Assembly (NCBI GenBank): GCA_002633005.1
Contig: NMRA01000198.1
Span: 435,282-499,281 of the forward strand
Reading direction: 5' to 3'
Source of the DNA: Phoronis australis
Lineage: Eukaryota > Animalia > Phoronida
DNA length: 64,000 bases
Shown here piece by piece: positions 47,001-62,000 of the stretch. The first letter of the stretch is position 1. Every line of letters starts with the position of its first letter. Below the pieces are notes generated by a model that worked only from the letters and a program-made list of their open reading frames with translations, did not search any database and was not told the DNA's origin. A program made the position numbers and the translations under genes.

Positions 47001-50000
47001 TAAAAGATCGTGTGAAGAGCACAACATCAAGCCCATAGCAAAAGTCATCCAGCAGTTAAAGGTGAGCATTTTGATTTGCCTGTACTTCTAGCTGACGGTA
47101 AAATCGTGCCAATTTAGGACTCAATGTGGCGGACAAGTAATTAATATTGACCTTTGAAAAATGGAGGAGGTCATTGTTGCCAATTATTTTTTGTCAAATA
47201 TTGGTGAGAATGTACAGAATTTAACTCTGAAGTTCTGAATTGTTTTCATCTGCAACTTAAAATTAGAGGGTCACGGTACAGGCCTTACCAAGGTAAATGG
47301 TCACTTGGGCATACCCCTGACGCTGCAAATTTAAAGCACCGTCAACAGTTTAGTTAATTTTGTCAAGTTGTTGTGTCTTGCTCCCTTCGCTATGTAGCAG
47401 TGCAATATTATGTCAACATCATGGATTTTGAAGCTTGGCATGACGGGTTATGGCAACTAGCTGGTGCTAAATAGGAAATGTCCATCATGCAACTCTAGCT
47501 TTGCAACCACAGGAAAGCACATCCTTTGCTAGTTTTCATTTCTAATTCAGGAGTGCAAGACGGGTCAAGTTGACAGGGCACAATACAATTTTGCTCTATC
47601 ACATTTTGAGAATTTTGAAATTTTTGTGCGAGTCATCCCACTACACAAAAATGGCAATATGACGACAGCATGGTCACAATGAATTTAAACAGAAACTTGG
47701 GAAATCCCACTGCGTTACATCCCTATACCAGAAACTAGAACGCTGTCGACCAACTACGCTATTGCCACCTAGTGACAAGGCATATTTCATCATGTTGAAG
47801 TTGTATCTGAAAATGACTGTTGCAGCAGGCTAGTGCAAACAGACGATGGGGGTGTTATGTGATGAAAGCTGCAACATTCTCCTCCACCAATCCAGTAAAC
47901 CTGCTTGAATAGTTTTTATGCTTGAATGACTCAGCTGTTTGCAGAACTGGTTGCCATTACTTATAAAGCAGTTTCCTCGGTCTGTTCGTTGTCTTGTCCT
48001 GTACTGAAATGTCAACTGCAACCACCTGTCTTCATTTTTTTTTAATTTTTTTTTTCAGATTAAGTATTTTTATTTTCTCTGTCTTCATTTATTTGATGTT
48101 GTATTTGGATCTTATAAGCTTGATCAGTATCGTGCAACTTGTCCCATGTGTTTTTATAGCTGAAAATTTGAAAAAAAAGCTGATTGTTTTAATTGTCCAC
48201 GACTGGTCAGTTTAATGCTGAAATTCAGTTGTAGGGGAAAATGTTATTACAAGTGTTCTTGATAAAGATAAGTGTTGTTAAAACACTTGCTAGTGTGAGA
48301 CTATGTATATCACTGGGTTCCGTTTAAACGTTTAGAAACTGCCATGTTATTACTGTCGACCTAAGCAGCCTGCAAAAGCCAGTCTTTGGTCTTTATGAAT
48401 TCGTATAAACTCTTTCTAAGTCGGACTTTCTGCTTCAAAGTTACAAAATGGCGTTCTTTTGCGGTACAACACAGAATCCCAGGTGCCACTAATGTAGTTT
48501 CAGTGGCTTACTGTGTACGAAAGTAGATAAGTGCATTTCAGTGCCCTTGTGTAAACTACACACTGCATAATCTATGTGTTGTGAAGTCCCTATCACAAAG
48601 ATCTTGGTGGACAGCAAATGAAGTTTATTCAGAGGTTCAAGTGTGATCATGTCACTGTCATGTCAAACAAGCTAATTAGTTTTATGTGTAGAAAATCTTT
48701 GATTTACTAGTATAGAGTTGTTAACTCTAATTGATGTTAATTAATGAGGAGTTTGGCTGAAGCTATTAGTCTACGTACAGTTCTTTGGTGTTCAGGCAGT
48801 GCATAAACATCTTTTCACTTGATTCAATGTCTAATTCTGATCTGCATATCAGGCCGAGTTGGTGGGAATGAAAGACAACTTATTACTTGAACGTTTTGAG
48901 ACCGAAGCAATATTTATTTAATATCGCATGGCACAACAGTGGCAATTGAACGACCCGATGGTCGCAAACTATGATAAGTGCTGGTTAATTTCGCACTTCA
49001 TTATCTTGGCACAAGAATACAGAACATGACTTGTAACTCCACTATCATTGTCTAGTGATGAGGCATATTTGGTTATGTCGCCTCTGTATCAGATACTGGC
49101 TATAGACAATATGATTAGTGTCATTGTTGAGACAAACAACAACTCTGTCAAGTGTTTATGAGGATAACATGCTTTAAACAACTGCGATTTGATAATTGGT
49201 TTGTATCTACTGGTCATGTTTATTAAGGTGGCTGATAACTACATCTCATTGAGTTGTTGAACTGGTAAACCTAAAAGTGAGATTGCGTATGATTTCAGAG
49301 GCCCAGAAAATGTTAGCTAAGATATATTAAACAAGTTACTGATGATGTAACACACAATGATGATGTAAGACAATTGTGGAAACCCAAACGTGACCAGTTG
49401 ACTCGTTTCGGAATTTACATTATTTCAGACTAGATGCACCATTGAAATACAGTGTCTACACCTAATAGTCAAACTAGTTATTACCCAAAGACATTGCCTG
49501 CTCTGTCTCAATTTAAGATGAAATGCCAAGTAGCAACATTTGTCTTTGCTACTAATGAACACTTAAGTCAATCAGGACAATTCTCTGATTTAGCATCAGA
49601 CATGAACCACTACACTCGGTGGCTGATCAAACTATTGGTCTTCATGTCTTGTCTAATCCTGCCTGTAGATTATCTATACAACATTTCCAGAAGAACTGCT
49701 TGAATTTGTGGTCATGTTTGCATGCAATGGGATACAGGATACATTTCTATTGATATTCCTGGTTTAAGTTTTCTTGTAACCTGAACTGTAATCAATGTTG
49801 GTATTAACTTAGTTGTTTGAAACTGACATTGAACCTCTGAGCTTCACAGCTTGAAGTCAGCATTATGACTACCATTATTATGAAATGGGTCATTGGAAGA
49901 GATTTCAGGTTGTCTATATATAGAACTGACAATTGGTTTTTGCTTGAGACCAGGCTCTACAAGTTGGCTTTTTATAGAATGTCATTTTGTGCTGGAGAGT

Positions 50001-53000
50001 GAACTGTCATTTCTTGGCAATTCTCATCTGAGTAAGAACCAAGGTGAGACCAATTTTAAAGCCGAGTATGGTCTAAATCAAAAATTCTTTTCTTGGATGG
50101 AAGGCGTGTTCATAGCTGTTATAAGCATTGCTTTCACATCCTATTGGTGTGTGATTCTTTGTGCTGTGAGGTCGTTGACCACCGAACAAACTGAATGAAT
50201 ACTCAAATCTAGAGTGTTTTGTTGTTCTCAAATACATTGGTGTTCCTTTAAAACCTGTATTGAGTGTGCTATGATGTTTGGGGCTTTGCTTTCAAACATT
50301 TCAGCCTGAGCTTCAAGTGTAAGAGTACAATTGTCCATCAAAAACAAACGTGGCAACTGATCTGTGAATGTGAGCACACATGGACACCTTTGCATATGAT
50401 TATGTGTTAGTTGCAGGTGTCTTCATGTGATGAAGAATCTCTGCTGCCATTGATGTTGGAGCAGTGGTTTTGTCTTCTGAATCTAATAAGGCACATGTTG
50501 TAATTATTCTTCCTTGTACTGGTAATCCATTGTCTGGTTGTCCAACTTCTCAATGTCTTGCACTACCAGGGTTTTCTTAGATCCAATCAACAACTTTTGA
50601 CTGTTTGGAATCCACCATTTAGTTCTTACTTGTCTGAGAACCAGCTGCACCACATGTACTCTTTTACACGGGTGGTGGTTTTCTCCGAAAGTAGAACATT
50701 TTGCAGACTTATGAGGGTTCAATATCTGCTATCTGCTAAAAATGTGGGGGTCACCGAAATAGTTTGTTCATTACAGCCTGGCAAATACCGGTATGTGAAA
50801 TTTACATGGTTCACTGAAAAGTCATTTCTAATTAAGTTAGTAATTAAAATCCTTTCAACTTCAAATATATTTCTGGTTTACTTATTTTGTTATGTAATTT
50901 TTTTCTGGATTTTGAGTACCTTAAATTTTAGTGTTTTTGTTTATACCAAAATGTACACTATTAATTTTTGGTTTTTAAGTCTCATCGCACATCGTGTATT
51001 CTATGAAATAAAAAAGAGGTATGACTGACTCAGTGAGCCTCACATAAGAATGCATAATTTGATCTTATCAAAAGCGTCAATTTCAATTACCCCCATGGTT
51101 TTTCACTCGATTACGCTTATGTTTTGTTACTGTGATTGTGAACTTTTTAGTTGATGTGAATAATCTAAGGACAAAAGTTTCGTTGTTACTATATTCGAAC
51201 TTGCCGTTTGAATTAAGTCACACCCACGTTGGTTAAAATATATGAAATCTGAGACATTTTGAGAAGTTATTAGTCAAAGACTTTGCTTTTTACCAACAGC
51301 CCATGCTTGGTGAAATGTACTGGCGTACTGATTACACCTTTTGTGTATTAGAACATGCAAATGCTTTTTACAAGAAGATGTTGCAGTAAATCTATTATGT
51401 TCTGAGAGTTTAAGAGCACAATACCAGGGACTTTTCTTCGCGTGGCAAACAAAAGCTGTTTCCTTTGCATAAAAACACTAGAATGCATGCAGCATGGGCA
51501 ATTACAGTTCTTGAAGGAAATGTGTTCTTGTTAGACTTAAAAATGGCTTGGCGGCTTTTTTAATCATGTGCGAAGGGGGAATGCAGGTTCCATAACCACC
51601 TGAAACTACCTATGCCTAGAGTGGAGAGAGACCCATTTATTGTGTTTTCTTTAGCAATAATGACTTACCTGTTTTCTTTTGGCCCACCTATAATTGTGTA
51701 TACAACAAGTTACTACTTAATTAATAATTTAAGTGACCCAATTCAAAAGTTGGTGTTTTGCTATCAAAAACCTTTGCACAATGATAGATTGATTTACATA
51801 TTCATAATGGTAGATTGATTCTGTACAGTAACAGTGTTTTGGGGGGTTTTAATCATTGCAGATTTTCATTTAATCGACAGTCAGCTTTCCAAATTATAAC
51901 AGGCACTTTCGCAGGCCAATTGGTCACTAGGTGAGCCTAGACACCCACTGTCTGCATATGGGGTTTGCCTAGGGTTAATAGTCTGTCCCCAAACAGAGGT
52001 CTGACATGCCTTACAGTCTGCCCTCAAACAGGCCTCAGATCTGCCTTACAGTCTACCCCCAAGCAGATGTCTGATCTGCCTTACAGTCTGTTCCCAAACA
52101 GACATTTGATCTGCCTTATAGTCTGTCCCCAAACAGACGTCTGATCTGCCTTACAGTCTGCCCTCAAACAGACATCTGATAAGTCTTCTACCCCCAAAAG
52201 ACATCTGCCTCATGGTCTGCCCTCAAACAGACGTTTAATTTGCCTTATAGTCCAGCTCCCAAACAGCTGATCTGCCTTGTAGTCTGTCCCCAAACAGCTG
52301 TGTGGTATGCCTTACAGTCTGTCCTCAAACAGACGTCTGATCTGCCCTATAGTCTGCCCCCAAACAGACACCTCAACTGCCTTTTAGTCTGCCCCCCCCA
52401 CCAAACAGATGTATGACCTTCCTTACAGTCTGCCCTCAAACAGACGTCTGATCTGCCTTCCTATCAGGAAATGGTTTTGTTCTTTTGACGTAACTTGAGG
52501 TTAGGCTATGTTGGGTGGGAGGGAGGGATCACGGTGGGAGGGAGGGATCGCGCAGCAACATTATGTTAATTAATTGTAAGAGGGGAGATTGGATACCTTT
52601 TAATCGACTTTATTACTTGCTAATCAGATGTCCTGTTTGTCTTGTTTTTAAAAGTTCCATTCACGAGCATGCTTCATTCACTTTGCTTGGATTAGTTTCC
52701 CAGTAATGGTGTATTTCCATTGATCGTTAACGCCGTCATTAATTTATGTTTGAACCTTTTGTGCCCTAGTTAACAAGTTTTTCTCTCTTGCAGGCAATAG
52801 AGAATTACAATATACGATGTGATCTATTCAGCCTCAAAGGTAAGCCTCCACCCTGAAACTTTTGTACACCGAGTCATGTACAGTTGTTCACTAAATTATT
52901 TAACTGTGTGACTGCTTTCAGTTGTGTTTTTTGCGTGGGTGGGTGATCAACATGAGTATTCCGTACGTTAGCAATACAGGGCTTCGGCTGCACATTAAAC

Positions 53001-56000
53001 GCAAACGCCTTCATTTGAGAAACCAGAGGTCACAGATTTATATTCCCCTATTGTTGTTTCTCTGTGACTCCTTGTGATGAAGGGGTGGGGGAAACACTAA
53101 GTTGATTAAGTTTTGACCATGATGACTTATTTTGCATTGAACAGGGGTGCGCCCCTGATAATCCTGACATTTTCCAAGTATCTCTGAACAGGGGTGCCCC
53201 GTGGCTACGCCGGTGCCAATGATTTTGTAGTTTGCCCAAGAATCCCGACATTTTCCAAGTGTCTCATCGGCGTTGCAAAGGGTTAAAGTTAGAACCAGGG
53301 TAACATCATAATTCCCCTTGGTGAAAACTATCAATATATCAGATGTAAAAATTATAAACTGTTGTTTCTTTGTTGCCATAATTAATTTTGAGCAATGCAG
53401 GAAAAAGTTTGTGTGTTTACGATTCACAAACTCTCAGTTATTCCTGTTTGCTTTGAATATTTCTAATAAGAGCATTTCTCTCACTTGCTTTCATCAAATA
53501 TCGAAATTTCAGTGTTTTGGCAGGAAACACGAGTATACTTTTCCTGTGTCAACCATTAAGTCGTGATTAATGTGGCTTTTCTGTGAAAAAGCAGCAACAG
53601 CGGCGAGGGCCTCAGAATTGAGATCATATTTCAAACGTTCAGCCGAGTAAGACAAGCACTTACCTACAGCATCTCTTGGATGCTTAAACTTTCTAAGTTA
53701 AAAAGTTTCATTATATAAATATATAAATTCAATGGTTCTTTATGATAAATTGTCAATTAAAACTCAAGTTACGCATTTATACGAGATGAGCTGTATCCTC
53801 TTTGTCTGTTAGCGTGACAGGACTGAATGCAAAAATTTAAGTCAACACTGCGACGTAAGCAAAGAAATGTTAACCTCAATCGTTCGTATTAAACTTGTAG
53901 CCGAAATTCTCGCTTTATATATGTTTTGTTAACGTGAGTTTGCACGGCTGCAAATGAGTCAGATCGTAGATAAAAATCAGAAATTTTTAAACAGCATGTT
54001 TTGGTTTTTCCCGATGTATGTTATTGTGTTCCATATTATATGTTGACTTTAAAGCGTGTTTTCTATGAACATCGCGTAAGAAACATGTATCTCTAGTGAT
54101 TTTTGCCTCCGTTAACATTGCCAAGTTCTATTTCTCATCGTTGTATTTGTGCGCACTAGTCAGTCAAATTCAAGATAATGATGTCTAATTCATTCTTGAC
54201 ACAACTATATTTTTTAGTGGACAAATGTATGTTATAGAAAGTAACTTCCATTGCAAGATCTGCTCTTCAATGCCTTTAATAAATCCATGCCTTCCCACAG
54301 CACTTGTCAGGTTGAATTTTCAATTACAGCCTGCTAATGAATTGGCATAGTAATTTCTACTTTTCTCTGGAGGGTTTCCTTCAAATTGAATGTGGTAGAG
54401 CAATAATACCTTATTATGATGCTCTTTGTGTCTTGTTCCGTTTCTAGCGTCTTGCAGGAAGATAGACTTCGAAATGTGCGGGAATAAATGTATGCATTCC
54501 ACTTAATACTCGAGCATTTAAATCGAAAAATTCAAAAAATCAGGGGATGAGTATTAAACCAGGTGCAACGGAGTATGGGCATTCCAAAACAAAAAACTAA
54601 ATTGTTAAAAATTCAGTGCTGGACGTTTAACCAAATGTAGGCATTATCACCTACAGGTGTGTTAGAACATTGAAAGAAGGAGCGGTGAAACACAAGACAT
54701 AGCCAGTGGCAGCGTATAGTAAAACCTCACCAATTTTGAACAAAAATAATTACTTAAGTTGCTCTTTTCTCATGTTTCAAGGGTTTCTGATTTGAATGCC
54801 CACTATTTTTCATAATGTCTGATGGTAGCTATGGTAACCGAACTTGAACATGATAAAGCATTAATTTGGTGCCACATATCTTTCATGGAAGAAATGAGAA
54901 AATAAAATTTCACTTGTCATCGATATTTTGTCTTAACTTGGTGAGATTTCACCTTAGTACTTTTCTTAAAATGCAAAGATTATTCATTGAAATCGGAATC
55001 AAATGTATTTTGTCAATTCCATGTTCCTATTTTATATATTTAGCCTTGTTTACAAGATTCAGTCTAGTATAGTAGTTGTATGCTGTTGTGAAGATTCTGT
55101 CTCATTGTGTGAATTCAATTACGTAGTAAATTAGTAAAATCAATCATTTTGCAGATTCAGTTATTGCTCCTAAATCAAGGGCGTTTTGAATGTCAGTCAT
55201 GTCAACGAACGGTTGCTATTTTTGTCCAGGTAACATTAAAGTTGGGTGGTGTGTATAATTACTTATCCTGTTGCAAAGATTCAGCTTTGTCTAAAAATCA
55301 GTCTTGTTGGTGAGAAGCCAAACTAAGTGTCCAATTTGTAGTGCACTTTGGATTATCTGGAATGTAGATGGATTGTTGTGCTGACAAGATTGGTACAGGT
55401 TGCCAACCTCACTGGTATGTCCCTGTTGTCGGCAGAAAGAATCTTGTGTTTGCATTTCATCCTGTGAGATTCTTCCAAATCAATGCAATGCAATGCCTGG
55501 AAAATGAAACTGGATAAAAGGTCCACCAGACAATACCAAAAGGTTAAAAATAAAACGGTACCCGAAACAATACCACTTTTGTTGACGTGCCCCTTCCCCC
55601 CTAGACCTTGCTTCTTGCCACTCATTTCATTTAACCAGCTGAGACCACAGTAACAACACTACTGGAAAAATAAAAAATGTTCACACGAAACGCTACCTGA
55701 AATTGCCAAATCCTGGGCACAAGTGGGCAGCATGTTTACACAAACCGGTCTCCAGCATTTGGAGAGCTATTGCCATGTTACCATAGTTAGGTGGCAATCA
55801 AGACATACACGACTTTTAACAACTGTTAAATTTCCATTTTCTTGAAAAGCCAACAATAGCATTCACAGAGGCTGAATCGTAACTACAAGGTTAGTTTCAT
55901 TATTAGCCAGCAGGATTTTGTTTCCGAACACGCTCAATTTGTGAGTGTTAACTGAATCTACAAAACGGGAGCAACAATTTTATTGGGTTAGCATACTGCG

Positions 56001-59000
56001 AGAGGGAACTTCAAGATGGTATAGGATTGTTCAAAAGCAGTCTATTTTCAAAATAGGATTGCATTTACAAAGTAGGACTAATTTTGATTTTTAGTAATTT
56101 TTACACTTTCCACTGCCCAAATTCTTTGCTGTAGTATTTTACCAAACACTCTTGTTGATAAATGTACTGGTCATTTAATGGATTCATTTATCAATTACTG
56201 TCATTGGAATTGAATATATAAATAGCTGACACAAATCAATAGTTCCTTAATCTTGTTTCTTTCTGCATCCACTTTTGAGTGGTGTTGTACACAGTGCAAG
56301 GAGCTTGAAAATGGACACCTAAGAGAAAATCTTTGTTGTTTTTTCCATACATTCATTCATCCATCAGTAACATTTACAAGTAATTGTAATGAGGTATTTC
56401 TAAACAGTCACTCACTCATTCAGGGAACCTAAATCTTAAGTTTTAACTTCACTAGGTAAGTAAGGGAACCACAGGGAACCATCTCATATTGGATTTTGCG
56501 AGGTCAAAATTTTTAGTTAAAGTGTATTTTTCAGTTTTGAACTATTCTAAAGTTTCTGTTTTGGCATTGTTGTTTTTTAGTTAGTTGTGTTCTCTGCTAT
56601 AAAGTTGGATACCCTTTGTAACATATTTTCAAAGCCTTTTTTGAATCATTTAGCGAACTTTGAAACGTGAATATACTTGTTGCAGCAGAATCAATTTAAA
56701 TTGCTGAGCTTCAAATTGTCGATACGCTGTTGGTTTTTGTTACTGTACTCGAAATACTGGCAATAGTCTGATATAACGTGCCCATATTTTGAGAACCAGT
56801 TTGATGCTTGTTATTTAGTGAAGAAAACTGGTTCTCAAAATCTGGGCACGTCATATCAGACCATTACCTGAAATACTTCCAAGCAAAACACTTAGCTGAA
56901 GTCTCTCAATGTATGTTCTGTTAGCAAGTTACTACCAGGCAATGTGTGGTGGGAACACAGGTTAAGGAAACTGCCTATCAAGATAATTATAGTACAACAC
57001 AGTATTTGAATGTCTCTAATAGATGTATTTGGCCTGCCCCAGTCACTTATTCACTTAACATAGATTACAATTCTACAATGAAGCCCACTTATTGTCATAC
57101 CAGATGAAAGAATATCGCGGTTATTGTCGTAAAGTTTCAAAAATGAATCAGTTCCCATTAAACTCATGCAAAACAACCTGCTGTTCATGATTAATTGTCA
57201 TATTCCCGGATATTGTCTGTAGAGAGCAGCAAAAATTGATTCTTGCCACCTGCTCGTTATCAAATGCATTTTCGTTTTTCTATTTTGAAACCAACCTAAT
57301 TCATCCAATTCATTTGTGTTAACGGAAATTGGCATCGGGGGTAAAAATCGTTTCCTGTTTAGCTGTTTTACTATCCGACTCCTGAAAAAATATGATTGTG
57401 TATGACGTGACTAATCTAGTGAACAACAACACTTGTATGGTAACTCAGATTTACATGGCAGTCGTAACTTGAGTATCATTCAAATTTCAGATATTAAGTT
57501 CTCATTTATCACCTTGACATACTCTACTTAGCATCATCAGCTTATGAGAGTGGTTACGATCCTCACCAAGTCTAAATCCGGTTTAATAGAGTATTCCGCT
57601 TATTATCGTAATTTATGTCAAAACTAAGGGTATGACAATACAGCAGTTCTCCACGTATTTCGCACTGAAATAATTGCTGATTGACGTAGCTGGGCATAGT
57701 AGAAACTTTACCAAAGGATGTTTTATGAAACCCACGCAGTACAAACCATGTTAACAATAGATAATACATTTCTTAATCTGGATTTTTGTAAAGAAATTTG
57801 ACAAAATGGAATTGCATTTGTCGGCCATATTGTGAGCTAGATAATGTTAAAGCATTAGCAGAAGCTTGCTCTGCTGTATTCCTATGCCATTTTATTACTA
57901 GTCAGTAATATGCAGCATAATTTCAAGTGAAGTGAAACACCTGATAAGTTACACCTATACACTAACATGGGCCAATTAACTCGTGTGCAGTGAGCTATGG
58001 GTGAGGAGGCACCATAATCCAACAGTCTGGTATTTCAACACCTTATCTTTTTTAATTGGGAGATGTCGACTTCACCACCAGACAACGCTGTTTTGTGAAA
58101 ACTGTGGGATATTACGGTAAAAATTCTCCAGTTTGGGACATAAAAAATTTAATAATTTTGCTCAAGGTCGGAGCTTGTGCCTAATTTTAGACATAGGAAA
58201 TATTGGACGTCTCAAATTCAAGAATTACAGTTAATGACAAATGATCAAATACCTTGTTGTTATGAACAAAGATGGGGACACATGAAAACTGTGGGTCACT
58301 TTCAACCAATCATTTTATCATTTTGTTCGTGGGTCACCATGAGCCAGGGTAACTCGCCTGTCTGCACTCAGGTGCAGTCTAGGGATGGTGTTTACATATT
58401 TACACACCCACTGGTCCATTAAAAGAGCATTACCCCTGCTTGATTAATTGATTGAAGACCACAAATGAGCTTAGCATTTATAATCTAGCCTGTTTGGTTT
58501 TACCATGAGGAGACATGGAAGTGCTAAGCAGCATGAAAAAATGCCCACATTGGCTGCCAGAATTTGATTGCTAAATGAGATTAAATGCATTCAACAGTTG
58601 ATCATTTAACATAATGTTTCCTGGTGCAGCCATTAATTTTGTGATTTCACATGTAACTGATGATTAAGTGAATAGTTTAGTAGACACCAACGCTCAAGGT
58701 TACCTAGGACCTCATCAACAAGTCTCTGCATTCAACCAAACATCTACTGAAGTATTGATTTTAACTGGTGTAAATTCCGTATATACATTTTCTGAAAGTA
58801 GAAAGCCTGCAGTTTCTGACTTACACCAGTCTACTATTGATTGGCTCACCTAAGCACGTATTTTTAGTAAAATTTAGCAAAAAGGAACGGTACATTCGTC
58901 GTAATACAACGGTGTCAACAACATGACCAAATTTGGTTTGACACAAATGTTCAAGATCTAATCTCAAAAACTATGTAACTAATTTCTAAATTATGATTTT

Positions 59001-62000
59001 GTTTTCATTTTATGCAACTTCAATTTTTTTCATTAAAATCATAAGAATGCTATTTTGATAGCCTCTCATTCAAAAGTGGAACATTTCAAAAACAATTACG
59101 GTGGTTAGAGAACAGTGCCTAAAACACAGCATCTGAAAGTTTGGTAAGAATCTAACTAGCCATTTCTGAGATATGATGTTTTGAAGTGGGTTCTTGCATA
59201 ACCTTGAGGAGATAGTATAGTTCAGTAGTTGCACTCTGGTTTTGGTGGCCTTAGTTGAAAGTCTAGCTACGCTGGCAAACAATTGAACGTTGCCCTGTCT
59301 TCCACTCTACTGAGCTCAGGCTTAGATGTGCATGGAATTGAATGAGACCCTGGTTATTGTGCAAAAACCCATTTCCTCATCAATGCCAATACTTTTTAAA
59401 GAAATTAATACAAGCCTGTGCCCAGATGTGTTGTCATCGCTGCTCAAGTTTCCCCAGGACAACTTGCCCATGATAAGCTGAGCGTTTACGCGACAAATCT
59501 GTTGCCTGTGTCATGTCAGAAATGAGAAGAAAGTTTCTTTTGCATATCTGTCACAGTAGGAAAATGCCAGTAATAACCCAGATTTAATCCAGGTGTGCAG
59601 TTGCAATGGTGGTAATATGATAGAGTGCAATGGCTCTTTTTAACCTAAAAGAGATGGGGTAAAATGTCAGATCATTGTCTAGTTATGCTCGTTTAATTTT
59701 GGTCTTCACGGACACTTTGTTTCCGGGGCATCTTTTACATCTGGGCACAGATGTGGGGGAGAAGGTGAGCGTTGTCGTGATTTCAGTGTCTTTATTTTCT
59801 GGTCTTCTCAGGCGAACGTCTAGACCATCGTCATATCGAAGCGTTAGAGGAAGTCTTCAGGAGGATTCAGTTTAAGGTGCTGGACCTAGAGGCGACACAT
59901 TTAGATGACGAAGTAAGCAGTTTTGTTTCTGTAGTGTAGTTACATTATGTTGAATGTTGTCAGCTGGGGTCATATTAAGACTCTAAACGTTGTTGTGAGA
60001 TAAGTAGGCATTGGATTAAGATCCCTAAATTTGACCCATGATGGACAAATTGAACCAAACTGAACGCTGAACTGAAATTTAATAAAGCGGGTAACTTTTT
60101 TTCAAAGTGTGTATGAGCAGCACGTTGCTTATAGAGTTTGTTGACTTCTTACTGCGGTTCTTTTGTGATTATGAATGTCTCCATTACTTGTGTGGGTGAT
60201 GACTGCATATGATCTTTACCAATAAGATTGAACAATGTTATGTGTGATTTTGTCTGTGATTACAACCATCCTCACTGTTTGTAGGGTGCTATAGCTCTGT
60301 TTGAGATGATCGAGTACTATGAGTCTGGATGTAAGGTGAACCTGGCGTTCAACCGCAACATTGGCATCCGTGGATGGCTGGCCTGCTCAAGGATGATCAA
60401 ACGGGTTAGTGTGAGAGCTTTCAGCTCAAACTTGAAGTTTTCTCAACGTGTAATCAGAAAGAACTTTTAGCTCAAACTGGGGTGAGTTCCATAGACAAAA
60501 GAATCTGGTGTACATGCTGTTGAAAAAATTTGGGAAAATGTCTCATGTTCCTGTGTAAGCTGGTCGTTCATTGACGTTATGCAAGAGTGCTGTAATTGTC
60601 TATGATTTAGCATCAGACATAATGGACATCTATTTCCTTAGACCAATAGTTCAACTAAATTAGTGTTGTAATTGTCTAAGATTTAGCATCAGACATAATG
60701 GACATCTATTTCCTTAGACCAATAGTTCAACTAAATTAGTGTTGTAATTGTCTATGATTTAGCATCAGACATAATGGACGTCTATTTCCTTAGACCAATA
60801 GTTCAACTAAATTAGTGTTGTAATTGTCTAAGATTTAGCATCAGACATAATGGACATCTATTTACTTAGACCAATAGTTCAACTAAATTAGTGCTGTAAT
60901 TGTCTAAGATTTAGCATCAGACATAATGGACGTCTATTTCCTTAGACCAATAGTTCAACTAAATTAGTGTTGTAATTGTCTAAGATTTAGCATCAGACAT
61001 AATGGACGTCTATTTCCTTAGACCAATAGTTCAACTAAATTATTGTTGCCAGACACGAAGCAGATCTATTTCCTTAATTCAATGATTCCTCTAAATTAGC
61101 ATACCCAAGAAGCAACTGTTCATTGAAAACTTACCAATCCTGCCATACCTGATGGTAACGAGAAGGTGTTTCTACTTTAATTTCTGGTCTAATTTTTCAA
61201 CATCATGACAGCTGATTTTTACATTTTATTTCACTGGTATAGAAAAATACAAAAGATGGCATTATTGCCCAGAAATCAAATTAAAATGTCTTGGCAAAAG
61301 GTAAAAGTTACGGAATTAGTCAAAAACGGTAACAACATATACCTGTGTATACGCATGCGTCTACAACGTATACACTTGCTACATGTGTTTACGTGACAGC
61401 CATGTTTAATGGAATGAAAGTGTCATGAGGCAACACGATATACACCTTTGTTTGCAACACTGTTATTGTTGCACGTGTATTACACCATGGGTTTTGTGGC
61501 CTGGTGATCGTGTTCCAGTGGCAGCGGCCTCTGTAAGCGAGTATATTAAGCTGTGAATTACCCGCCCTTGATTACTCCTCTCTCATTCCAGACGCCGTGC
61601 CTGGAGAGCCTGGATGTGAAGAACTGTGTACTCAATGACCAGAGCATGCCTATCCTCGGCCGTTCATTGCGCCTAGGCTCAGCACTCACCATCTTACACA
61701 TGGAGAACTGTAACCTGTCTGGCAGGCCACTCATGATACTGGGTCAGTATGCAAAGAGTACTCCTGTTTTTATCAGATGACCTTGACAGCATTTTTTTCT
61801 TTTCTGGCTGAGTACCCGTGATGCTGTTTCGGTATACAAAGTTTTTATTCCTAGTATTGTGTATGAGGTGGAATATTCTTTTTGTACTATGATAACTACT
61901 ATGAACGTGCCTTCTGTCTAAAGTTAACTATTGATTTAGACCAGATAACATTATTTAACTTTTGTCATCCTTCTCTGATTATGAGTGATTTCTGGACTTA

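Noticed and set aside
50558-51028. 156-aa ORF, and similar hydrophobic ORFs at 38856-39332 and 12398-12799
   Set aside because: AT-rich intronic ORFs with no recognisable domain or splice support; expected by chance.
51978-52459. 35-bp repeat array as a CRISPR candidate (also 16721-16860 and 60586-61048)
   Set aside because: Head-to-tail units without unique spacers, no cas genes, eukaryotic intronic context.
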